The notes below the pieces were generated by a model. That model did no database searches, was not told the DNA's origin, and saw only the letters and a program-made list of their open reading frames with translations. Shown piece after piece: positions 1 to 7,698 of a DNA stretch of 42,564 nt. Source of the stretch: Candidatus Limnocylindria bacterium (lineage in GTDB: Bacteria > Chloroflexota > Limnocylindria > QHBO01); NCBI GenBank assembly GCA_035764845.1, contig DASTYP010000243.1:1-42564 (forward strand), given 5' to 3'. Position 1 is the stretch's first letter. Each line of letters starts with the position of its first letter. The position numbers were made by a program, and so were the translations under genes.

Positions 1-558
1 CGGCCCCGCGGCCGTCCCGGCCAGGTCGGGACCGTGGCACGACGCGCAGCCGGCGCTCGCGTACACCTCGGCGCCCGCCTCGATCGTGTTCGGGACGTCC
101 TCCGGCGGCTGGTTGGCCGCCTCCGCCGCCCAGGACTCGACCAGCGCGACGACGGCGTCGATCTGCTGCTGGTTGAGCGGTCCGCCCACTTCCGAGCTCC
201 AGGCCGGCATCTGCGAGTTGACGTTGCCCGACACCACCACGCCGCCGTAGCTCACGGCCAGGTGCACGTAGTTCGGGTTCGCCTTCAGCTTGTCCGCCAG
301 GCTGCGGGAATGCAGGTTCGGACCGATGACGGCCGCGCCCGGCTCGCCACCCGTGCCGTCCGCGCCGTGGCACTGCGCGCAGCCCGCGGCCGCCGGCTCG
401 GCCGGGTTGTTGGAGAAGATGATCTCGCCGAAGTGGAGGAGCTCCTCCTCCTGGCTGGTGGCAACCGTCTCACGACGCGGCTCGTCGGTGATCCAGTAGA
501 TCATCGTGAAGGCGGCGAGGGCAGTGACGAGCAGCACCCCCAGCGTCTTGAGTCGCAT
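1..558 (-). CDS. Dihaem c-type cytochrome subunit of the Rieske/cyt b complex. Partial: the 3' end runs off the left edge, and it is absent from the ORF track because no stop is in view.
   Basis: Hand translation of the minus strand from ATG at 556-558 gives MRLKTLGVLLVTALAAFTMIYWI..., an N-terminal TM anchor. Two haem-c motifs are present, CAQCH and CASCH. The start lies 4 nt downstream of the Rieske stop (TAG, 562-564). Confidence 0.8.
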   Translation of the reverse strand, partial: MRLKTLGVLLVTALAAFTMIYWITDEPRRETVATSQEEELLHFGEIIFSNNPAEPAAAGCAQCHGADGTGGEPGAAVIGPNLHSRSLADKLKANPNYVHLAVSYGGVVVSGNVNSQMPAWSSEVGGPLNQQQIDAVVALVESWAAEAANQPPEDVPNTIEAGAEVYASAGCASCHGPDLAGTAAGP

Positions 559-561
559 CGG

Positions 562-1221
562 CTACCCCGTGCAGTGCGCCATGTCGGTCGGCGCTCGATC
601 GTCGAAGGTCACGGTGCCGACCGGTGGGCCGGAGATGACCTCGCGGGTGACGACCACGTAGGCGCCGTCCTGGACGGTGACCGAGAAGCGGTCCATGCCG
701 CGCGGTGCGGGACCGTCGCGCTTCTCCCCCAAGACCGTGTACTTCGAGCCGTGGCAGAGGCACTCGAACCACTCGCTCTGGTCGCAGAGCTGCGGGATCT
801 GGCAGCCGAGGTGCGGGCACTTGCGCCACAGGGCCAGGACCGATCGGTCCACCGGCGCGGTGGCGTCGTCCACGTTGGCGCCCGGATCCGGGATCGGCGA
901 CGCGACCGAGCCGTTGCCCTCGACCCGTGCCTTGGACGCCGGCACGTTGACGAAGAACAGGTTGGCCTCGTTGTAGACGTACGGCACGCCCTCGGCCCAC
1001 TCCGGGAAGGCGGTGTTGATGTCGTCGGCCGTGCCGAGCGTGATGTCGGACCCCAGGCCCGAGGTCAGGTTCGGCCACATGAACGCCAGCGTGCCGCCCA
1101 GGAACTCCAGGCTGAGCAGACCGATGCCCACGCCCAGCACGCGCCGCATGAAATTGCGCCGCGTGATCTCGCCGGTCGGCGGGCCCTGGACCGCGCCGTA
1201 GGAAGCGTGCTGCGTCGTCAT
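562..1221 (-). CDS. Rieske 2Fe-2S subunit of a cytochrome bc/b6f-type complex
   Basis: ORF 562..1338 trimmed to ATG 1221 (MTTQHAS...), which overlaps the upstream stop as ATGA. It has a Tat-like motif TRRNFMRRV followed by a TM helix, and Rieske boxes CPHLGC and CLCHGS. Confidence 0.9.
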   Translation of the reverse strand: MTTQHASYGAVQGPPTGEITRRNFMRRVLGVGIGLLSLEFLGGTLAFMWPNLTSGLGSDITLGTADDINTAFPEWAEGVPYVYNEANLFFVNVPASKARVEGNGSVASPIPDPGANVDDATAPVDRSVLALWRKCPHLGCQIPQLCDQSEWFECLCHGSKYTVLGEKRDGPAPRGMDRFSVTVQDGAYVVVTREVISGPPVGTVTFDDRAPTDMAHCTG

Positions 1222-1838
1222 AGCGTGAAGAAGAGGCCCTCCCACGGCCAGACCCAGTTCCACCCGGGACCGCGGAAGAAGGAGCCGATGAAGGTCACGA
1301 TCAGGCCGCCGATCATGAGGCACAGGAAGAAGACCCACATCAGCTTGCGATCACGCGCCGCCTTGTACGGGGTCCGGTCCACGAACGGGATGATCAGCAG
1401 GCCGCCGATGTAGACGGGGATAACCAGCACGCCGGCCACCGTCGGGTTGAAGTAGCTCAGCAGCTCCTGCAGCCCGAGGAAGTACCACGGCGCCTTCGCG
1501 ACGTGGGGCGTCACCGACGGGTTCGCCATCTCCTCCAGCGGGGCGCTGATGAACACGGCCGTGACCGTGAGCAGGCCCGTGATGAGCATGGCCATCACGA
1601 ACTCGGCGCGCAGCAGGTGCGGCCAGGTCAGGACGGTCTCGTCCGGCCGCTTGTCCACCCGGACCATCGACTCCTGCTTGACGTAGGCGAGGAGCCGGAA
1701 GCGCTCGGTGCCCGGGACGCCCGGCGGGCCGGGGAGCTTCGGGCCGCCTGCCGCCGGGGCGGCGATCGGCGCGCGCTCGGGCGCCTGGGTCGGGGCGTTC
1801 TTATCGGCCGTGGCGTTCGGCCGCTTCTCGATCGTCAT
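1218..1838 (-). CDS. Cytochrome b C-terminal domain protein (b6f subunit IV-like)
   Basis: It has an APWYFLGLQELL motif of the PEWYF type, three hydrophobic helices and a P/A-rich N-terminus. It lies 18 nt downstream of the b6-like gene. Confidence 0.85.
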   Translation of the reverse strand: MTIEKRPNATADKNAPTQAPERAPIAAPAAGGPKLPGPPGVPGTERFRLLAYVKQESMVRVDKRPDETVLTWPHLLRAEFVMAMLITGLLTVTAVFISAPLEEMANPSVTPHVAKAPWYFLGLQELLSYFNPTVAGVLVIPVYIGGLLIIPFVDRTPYKAARDRKLMWVFFLCLMIGGLIVTFIGSFFRGPGWNWVWPWEGLFFTL

Positions 1839-1856
1839 CGGTCAGCGCACCTTACC

Positions 1857-2603
1857 CTACACCGGACCGGAGATGCCGCCGTCCTTCCGGATCCTCCAGA
1901 AGTGGACGATCATGAAGATGGCGGCCAGCAGCGGGAACATGATCACGTGCGCGACGTAGAAGCGCAGCAGCGTCCCCTGCCCGACCTGGATCCCGCCCAG
2001 GAGCATGAAGCTCGACTCCGAGCCGAGCAGTGGCGCGTACTGCGCCATCTGCGTCCCGACCGTGATGGCCCAGAACGCGATCTGGTCCCAGGGCAGCAGG
2101 TAGCCGGTGAAGCTCAGCGCCAGCGTCAGGAACAGCAGCAGCACGCCGACGACCCAGTTGAACTCGCGCGGCGGCTTGTAGGCGCCGTGGTAGAAGACCC
2201 GGATCATGTGCAGGAAGACGGTCAGCACCATCAGGTGCGCCGCCCACCGGTGCATGTTGCGCACGAAGGCGCCGAAGGCGACGGATGCCTCGATGGCCTG
2301 GATGTCCTGGTAGGCGCGCGTCACGCTCGGCACGTAGAAGAACATCAGGTACAGGCCGGTGACGGTCAGCGCCAGGAAGAGGAAGAAGCTGATCCCGCCC
2401 AGGCAGAACGTGTACGTGTAGCGCACCGCGTGGCGCTTGACCCGCACCGGATGCAGGTGCAGGAACACGTTGTTCATCACGGCCAGCGCGCGGGTGCGGC
2501 TGGTGGTCGGGTACGGCTGGCGGAAGAGGCTGCGCCAGACGGCCGACTCCTTGATCCAGCGAGTCACGGCGTTGCCGCCGGCACCGGGCTGTCCGTTGCT
2601 CAT
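1857..2603 (-). CDS. Cytochrome b6-like protein (N-terminal four-helix haem-binding half of cytochrome b)
   Basis: His ligand pairs are present in [22 protein letters not shown] and [25 protein letters not shown] carries a Cys at the b6 haem-ci position. The C-terminus [12 protein letters not shown] is b6-like. The start overlaps the upstream stop by 4 nt. Confidence 0.9.
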   Translation of the reverse strand: MSNGQPGAGGNAVTRWIKESAVWRSLFRQPYPTTSRTRALAVMNNVFLHLHPVRVKRHAVRYTYTFCLGGISFFLFLALTVTGLYLMFFYVPSVTRAYQDIQAIEASVAFGAFVRNMHRWAAHLMVLTVFLHMIRVFYHGAYKPPREFNWVVGVLLLFLTLALSFTGYLLPWDQIAFWAITVGTQMAQYAPLLGSESSFMLLGGIQVGQGTLLRFYVAHVIMFPLLAAIFMIVHFWRIRKDGGISGPV

Positions 2604-4573
2604 CGCTCCACCGCCATGCCGGCCTGCTGCCCCACCTGCCCCAGCACGTTGTCCTTGTAGCTCTCCAACAGAACCTTCCCGTCAGGCGTGAACCGCTCGA
2701 GCTCGAGCCGATCCATCGTGATGCAGTTGGTCGGACACCGCTCGACGCAGAGGTTGCAGCGGATGCAGCGCTCCTCGTCGATGATCATGGCGATCCCGCG
2801 CGGCCACGACTGGAAGAACTCCTGCTCCGGGTCGTCGCCACCGACCTGCGCCTTGTCGATCATGTAGATCACGCCCTCGGGGCACACGTCGGCGCAGAGT
2901 CCGCAGAGGATACAACGGGGACCGTCGATGTTGATGTTGTGGTTGCACTGGAGGCAGCGCGAGCCCTCCGCGATGGCGCTGCGCGTGTCGTAGCCCACCT
3001 CGACCAGGCTGGTGAAGTCGCGGCGCAGCTCCGGCGGCGCCATCGGGATCTCCTGGCGCCGCGTCGCCTCGTAGAAGCGCGGCATGTCGTGCTCGAGGCT
3101 CTGGGTGATGACCGCGCGGTTGATGACCGGCAGCTCCTCGAGCTCCTCGCCGCGCAGCCCGGCCAGCCAGCGATCGACGCTTCGGGCGCATCGGCGGCCC
3201 AGGCCGGCGGCCTCGATGATCGTGGCCGGCCCGGTGATGAAGTCGCCGACCGCGAAGACGCCATCGGCGTCGGTGCCGAAGGTGTCGCGGTTCACGCTGA
3301 CGTAGCCGCGCTTGAAGTCGAACTTGAGCGAGTTCATGGGGCGGCCGTCGGCATCCTTGGGGGTCGAGCCGTTCATCGGCGGCGTGCGCCAACTGGAGAG
3401 GCTGCCGCCGTCGACCACCGTGCGCGTGTCCGTCACGCCGACGTGGCGGTTGAGCGGGGCGCCGTACTCGCCGAGCACGTTGTTGTCCGCTGCCTGGCTG
3501 GTGCAGGGCACGACCATGTCGCACGCGATCTCGAACTCGCTGCCCGGGATCGGCTCCGCGCTGCGGCGGCCGGTGGCGTCCGGCGGCCCGAGACGGGTGC
3601 GGACGAAGCGCATGCCGCGCACGTGACCGTTCTCGTCAGCCAGCACCTCCTCGGGGGAGGCGAAGTACTCGAAGCCGACGCCCTCGAAGCGCGTCTCGTG
3701 GATCTCCTCCTCATCCACGACCATCTCCTCGGGGCCGCGGCGGTAGACGATGGTGCTCGTCTTGGCGCCCAGGCGGAGGGCCGTGCGGGCGGAGTCCATG
3801 GCGGTGTAGCCGCCGCCGATGATGACGACGTGCTCGCCGACCCACTGCGGCTGCCCCAGGTTGGCGCGCTTGAGGAAGTCGACGCCGTAGATCACGCCGT
3901 CGAGCTCCTCGCCGGCCACGTTCATGGCGACGGGGTACATGCAGCCGGTGGCGACCACGACCGCGTCGTGCCGGTCACGGAGCTGCTCCAGGGTGACGTC
4001 GCGGCCGATCTCGACGTTGTAGTGGAACTGCACGCCATGCTTCGCGACCCAGTTGGCGTCGAGCTCGATGACGTCACGCGGCAGGCGGAAGGCCGGGACG
4101 CCGATGAGGGTCGTGCCCCCCGCCGAGGGAAGCGCCTCGTAGATGTGGACCTCGTGGCCCCAGCTGGCAAGCTCCTTGGCGGTCGAGAGGCCCGCGGGAC
4201 CGGCCCCGACGATGCCGATGCTCCGACCCGTCGGCGGCTGCACCACGATGTTGTCCGGCATGTTGTTGCCGTAGTGCCAGTCGACCAGGAAGCGCTTCAT
4301 GGCGCGGATGGACAGCGGCTTGTCGATGTCGGCCCGGCGGCAGGCCTTCTCGCACGGCGCGCTGCACACGTAGCCGCAGATCGCGGCGACGGGGTTCGGG
4401 TCGCGGGCCAGGATGTAGCCCTCCTCGAACCGCCCCTCCGCGGCCAGCATCAGGTAGCCCCGGCAGTTCGTGTTCACCGGGCAGCCTTCCTGGCACTCGA
4501 TGTTGCACTGGAGCCAGTCGACGCCGACTTCGGCGGTCTGGAACCTGAGGGGTATCGCGGTATCGCTGATCAC
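2600..4573 (-). CDS. GltD/NfnB-family NAD(P)H-dependent Fe-S flavoprotein with a C-terminal 2x[4Fe-4S] ferredoxin domain
   Basis: N-terminal Cys clusters are [15 protein letters not shown] and [13 protein letters not shown]. Two dinucleotide folds are present, IVGAGPAGL and [10 protein letters not shown], plus VFAVGD. The C-terminus has CLQCNHN...[12 protein letters not shown] and [12 protein letters not shown]. The start is GTG at 4571-4573. Confidence 0.85.
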   Translation of the reverse strand: MISDTAIPLRFQTAEVGVDWLQCNIECQEGCPVNTNCRGYLMLAAEGRFEEGYILARDPNPVAAICGYVCSAPCEKACRRADIDKPLSIRAMKRFLVDWHYGNNMPDNIVVQPPTGRSIGIVGAGPAGLSTAKELASWGHEVHIYEALPSAGGTTLIGVPAFRLPRDVIELDANWVAKHGVQFHYNVEIGRDVTLEQLRDRHDAVVVATGCMYPVAMNVAGEELDGVIYGVDFLKRANLGQPQWVGEHVVIIGGGYTAMDSARTALRLGAKTSTIVYRRGPEEMVVDEEEIHETRFEGVGFEYFASPEEVLADENGHVRGMRFVRTRLGPPDATGRRSAEPIPGSEFEIACDMVVPCTSQAADNNVLGEYGAPLNRHVGVTDTRTVVDGGSLSSWRTPPMNGSTPKDADGRPMNSLKFDFKRGYVSVNRDTFGTDADGVFAVGDFITGPATIIEAAGLGRRCARSVDRWLAGLRGEELEELPVINRAVITQSLEHDMPRFYEATRRQEIPMAPPELRRDFTSLVEVGYDTRSAIAEGSRCLQCNHNINIDGPRCILCGLCADVCPEGVIYMIDKAQVGGDDPEQEFFQSWPRGIAMIIDEERCIRCNLCVERCPTNCITMDRLELERFTPDGKVLLESYKDNVLGQVGQQAGMAVER

Positions 4574-4633
4574 GACAGGTGGAGACTCTCCCGCGGCGTG
4601 GTTCGACCAAGGGCTTGAAGGAGCGGCCCGCCG

Positions 4634-4663
4634 ATGCTACCCGCTCCGCGACCGGCCGCGCAA
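4634..4663 (-). promoter_or_regulatory. Candidate promoter of the respiratory operon (TTGCGC-N18-TAGCAT)
   Basis: On the minus strand, the -35-like TTGCGC (4658-4663) and -10 TAGCAT (4634-4639) lie about 60 nt upstream of the GTG at 4573, inside a 329-nt non-coding gap. Confidence 0.3.
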
Positions 4664-4902
4664 GGCGAGCGATGGGCGAGGCGAGCGCGCAGGAACGGTT
4701 CGCGCGTCTCGACGTTGCGCGATTCTGTCATCCACGCCTGGGGGTGGTGACGGGCCGGGTCGCGGCGCGCGACGTTGCCAAGGCACGCCAGCCAGGCGTG
4801 AACGCGGCCCGGATGGCGGAGTCGAGCGGTCTCGGCGCGCCCATCACCACGGGGAGGCGTGACCGGCAATCGGGGCGACCGAGGCGGCCGGGCGCACCCC
4901 GG

Positions 4903-6942
4903 TCATCCACCGGCGAAGTGGGCCACCATCACCCGCCGGACGAGCGGGGCGGCGTCGGAGCCGCCGGTGCCGAGCGGGATGTAGGTCAGGATCGTCGCGA
5001 CGCTGATGGTCGGCGCATCGGCCGGGGCGTAGGCGGGGAACCAGGCGTGCGGATCGGGGGTGCCGGTCTCGGCCGTGCCGGACTTGCCGGCGACGGGGAC
5101 GCCGAAGCCGGCGAACGCCGCCGTGCCGGTGCCGTACGGGAGGGTGACCACGGCCTGGAGCGTATCGGTCACGTAGGCGAGGTCCTCGCGGGAGACGCTG
5201 ACCTGGCGGATCGGCTCCGGCTCGACGGACTCCACGACGGTCCCGTCCGGCAGGGTGGCCGTAGTCAGAATCCGCGGTCGCCACAGGGTGCCGCCGTTGC
5301 CGATGGTGGCGTAGGCGTTCGCCAGCTGCAGCGGTGTTCCCAGGAACGCGCCCTGGCCGATGGCCAGCTGGACCTGCTCGAAGCCGGAGTAGCCGCCGCG
5401 GCCGTTCTCGGACAGCCACTGGTCGTCCGGCACGATCCCCGTCTCCTCGACCAGGTAGCCGATGCCGCTTGCCTGGCCGAACCCGAACTCCTTGAGCAGA
5501 TCGGTGAGCGCCGTCTCATCGGCCTGGTAGACCGACAGCGCCAGGGGCATGTAGGTGGTGTTGCAGCTGAAGGCCATGGCCTGCGCCAGGCTGACGAGGC
5601 CGGGCAGCGAGTGCTCCTCGTAGTTGCGGAAGGTGAAGCTGCCGTACTGCCAGGTCGGCGGGCAGGTCACCAGCGACTGGGGCGTGACGACGCCGGTCTT
5701 GAGCGCGACGGCGAGCGTGAACGGCTTGAACGAGGAGCCGGCCGGGTAGGCGCCGAGCACCGCCTTGTTGAAGATCTGTCCCTGGCCGGCGGCATTCAGC
5801 GGCTGCCCGTCGAGGGTGGTGCCCAGCGTCATGGCGTTCGGGTTGAAGGCCGGCGTGCTGGCCAGGGCCCACACGTCGCCGGAGTTCGGATCGATGACCG
5901 CGGTCGCGGCGGCTCCGTACGGGGCGAGCGCATCCTGGGCGGTGGCCTGGATGGTCGGCCGGATGGTGATGGAGATGTCGGCGCCCGGGACCATCTCGGT
6001 CTGGAGCACGGGCGTCTCGACGCCGTTCTCGCCGATGGCCACCAGCGTCCAGCCCGGAATGCCGCGGAGGAGGTCCTCGGCCCCGGCCTCCAGGCCGCTT
6101 CGACCGATGACGTCCCCGGCGCGGTACCCGCTGGCAGGACCCAGCCGATCGAGGTCCTCGGCCGTCACCTCGCTGACGTAGCCGATGACCTGGCCGGCCA
6201 GCCACTCCTGCGGGTACACGCGGATGCCGTCGTCGCGCGTCTGGGCCCAGACCAGGCCGTCCCCACCGAGGATGCTGCCGCGGTCGCCGATCGACCGGTC
6301 AAGCCGGAAGCTGCCGGCGTCGCCGAGCTCGGGGAAGAGCAGCTCGGGCGACCAGCGGATCGCCCATCCGTCGCGGTCCTCGACGAGCGTCATCCGCCGC
6401 TCGAGGTCGACCTCGCCGAACCGGTCGGTCGCGACGTCGAGCGTGACCGGGACCGCCAGGCCGGGGACGGGGCCGGCGACGGGGGCGGTCGGGTCGAAGG
6501 AGGGTGCCGGCGTCGGCTGCGGCGTGGGCGTGGCGTTCGGGTCGCCCGATGGCGCGGTGGTCGGCACGGGAGTGGGCGAGGGGGCGGCGAACTCCGGGGG
6601 ACGGGCCTCCGGCGGCAGGGCGGTGACTTCCGGAGCGCCTGCCGAGGTCGTCATGCTGGTGAGCAGCGACAGGTCCGCGAAGGTCGCGTGCAGCTCGCGG
6701 AACTGGTCGAGCGTCACGCGTGCGCGCGTCGCGGCATCGAGCGACGCGTACATCGCGTCGTAGTCCGCCGACGCCCACGCCGCAAGGTACCCGTCGACCA
6801 CCGCGGACGCCGCTTCCTCCGGCGCGCGCGGATAGGTCGTGGGCACCGGCGTCGGCTCGGGATCGGCGGCGGAGCATGCGGCGAGCCCGATGGCGAGGAC
6901 GAGGACGAGGCCGGCGAGTGCGGCGAGCCGCGCGCGCGTCAT
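4903..6942 (-). CDS. Class B penicillin-binding protein (transpeptidase) lipoprotein with an NTF2-like (MecA_N-type) N-terminal domain
   Basis: Lipobox LAAC. Transpeptidase motifs SSFK (SxxK), SCN (SxN) and KSGT (KTG-type). The start overlaps the upstream stop as ATGA at 6939-6942. Confidence 0.9.
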   Translation of the reverse strand: MTRARLAALAGLVLVLAIGLAACSAADPEPTPVPTTYPRAPEEAASAVVDGYLAAWASADYDAMYASLDAATRARVTLDQFRELHATFADLSLLTSMTTSAGAPEVTALPPEARPPEFAAPSPTPVPTTAPSGDPNATPTPQPTPAPSFDPTAPVAGPVPGLAVPVTLDVATDRFGEVDLERRMTLVEDRDGWAIRWSPELLFPELGDAGSFRLDRSIGDRGSILGGDGLVWAQTRDDGIRVYPQEWLAGQVIGYVSEVTAEDLDRLGPASGYRAGDVIGRSGLEAGAEDLLRGIPGWTLVAIGENGVETPVLQTEMVPGADISITIRPTIQATAQDALAPYGAAATAVIDPNSGDVWALASTPAFNPNAMTLGTTLDGQPLNAAGQGQIFNKAVLGAYPAGSSFKPFTLAVALKTGVVTPQSLVTCPPTWQYGSFTFRNYEEHSLPGLVSLAQAMAFSCNTTYMPLALSVYQADETALTDLLKEFGFGQASGIGYLVEETGIVPDDQWLSENGRGGYSGFEQVQLAIGQGAFLGTPLQLANAYATIGNGGTLWRPRILTTATLPDGTVVESVEPEPIRQVSVSREDLAYVTDTLQAVVTLPYGTGTAAFAGFGVPVAGKSGTAETGTPDPHAWFPAYAPADAPTISVATILTYIPLGTGGSDAAPLVRRVMVAHFAGG

Positions 6943-7658
6943 CGGGCCAGGGTCACCCGCCGGAAACCTTCCGCCGCCCGGTAGCCGGCCCGCTCACCGA
7001 GCTCCTCGTTCCGGCGGCGCACCCAGCGGGCGATCTCGTCGAAGGCGTGGAACTGGCTCGCGTGACGGGCCAGCGCCGCGATCTTGGCATCCAGCGTGGC
7101 GCCGATGTCGACCAGCTGGTTCGCCTCGTTGGTGCTCCACAGGTACAGCTCCGCCACCTTCCATGGGCCCAGGCCCGCCTGGAGGTGCTCGTGGAAGTTC
7201 AGCGGGTCACGCGCGGTCGGGAAGACGGCGTCGACCGTGGTCATGCCCACCGCGCGGTGGTCGGGGTGGTTGACCCACTCGTTGTTGACGAAGAGGACGG
7301 TCGGATCGTGGGTCATGACGATCTCGGGCTGGAAGGCCCGGATGGCGTACGTCAGCCGTTCCCGCAGCCTGAGCGACGGCTCCACCTGGCCGTCCGGCTC
7401 GTCGAGGAAGTCCACGCCCTCGACGCCGATCTCCGCGGCGGCGGCCCGCTGCTCCTCCTCGCGGAGCCGGGCGATGCGCGCCAGGTCCGCGGCCGGATCG
7501 TCGGTGCCCTTGTCGCCGCGCGTGACCAGCAGGTAGCGGACGCGGGCGCCCTCGGCCACCCAGCGCGCCACGGTGCCCGCGGCGCCGAACTCGATGTCGT
7601 CGGGGTGCGCGGCGACGACGAGGACGCGTTCGGGGGTGGGCAGCTTGTCGTCTGGCAT
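6939..7658 (-). CDS. PIG-L/LmbE-family N-acetylglucosaminyl deacetylase
   Basis: It has VVAAHPDDIEFGAAG (the AHPDD zinc-binding motif) and HPDH. Its length of 239 aa is typical for the family. Confidence 0.85.
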   Translation of the reverse strand: MPDDKLPTPERVLVVAAHPDDIEFGAAGTVARWVAEGARVRYLLVTRGDKGTDDPAADLARIARLREEEQRAAAAEIGVEGVDFLDEPDGQVEPSLRLRERLTYAIRAFQPEIVMTHDPTVLFVNNEWVNHPDHRAVGMTTVDAVFPTARDPLNFHEHLQAGLGPWKVAELYLWSTNEANQLVDIGATLDAKIAALARHASQFHAFDEIARWVRRRNEELGERAGYRAAEGFRRVTLAR

Positions 7659-7698
7659 GGGCTGCGGCCGATCCTAGCAGTCAGCCGGGCGGCAGCCG

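Noticed and set aside
6460-6618. Pro/Thr/Ala-rich stretches in the PBP and in the lipoprotein (about 24130-24240 and 24700-24790) that look repeat-like.
   Set aside because: They are low-complexity protein linkers in frame within the CDSs. At the DNA level they are not tandem repeats and are not CRISPR-like.
4579-6984. An 801-aa plus-strand ORF, and likewise 34-1413 (+), 2939-4618 (+), 36111-38030 (+), 29640-31268 (-), 25066-26166 (-) and 26034-27107 (-).
   Set aside because: All are antisense shadows of well-supported genes, with Arg/Gly/Asp-rich nonsense composition. The one exception is the last 204 codons of 36111-38648, which are real (the Mo-enzyme).
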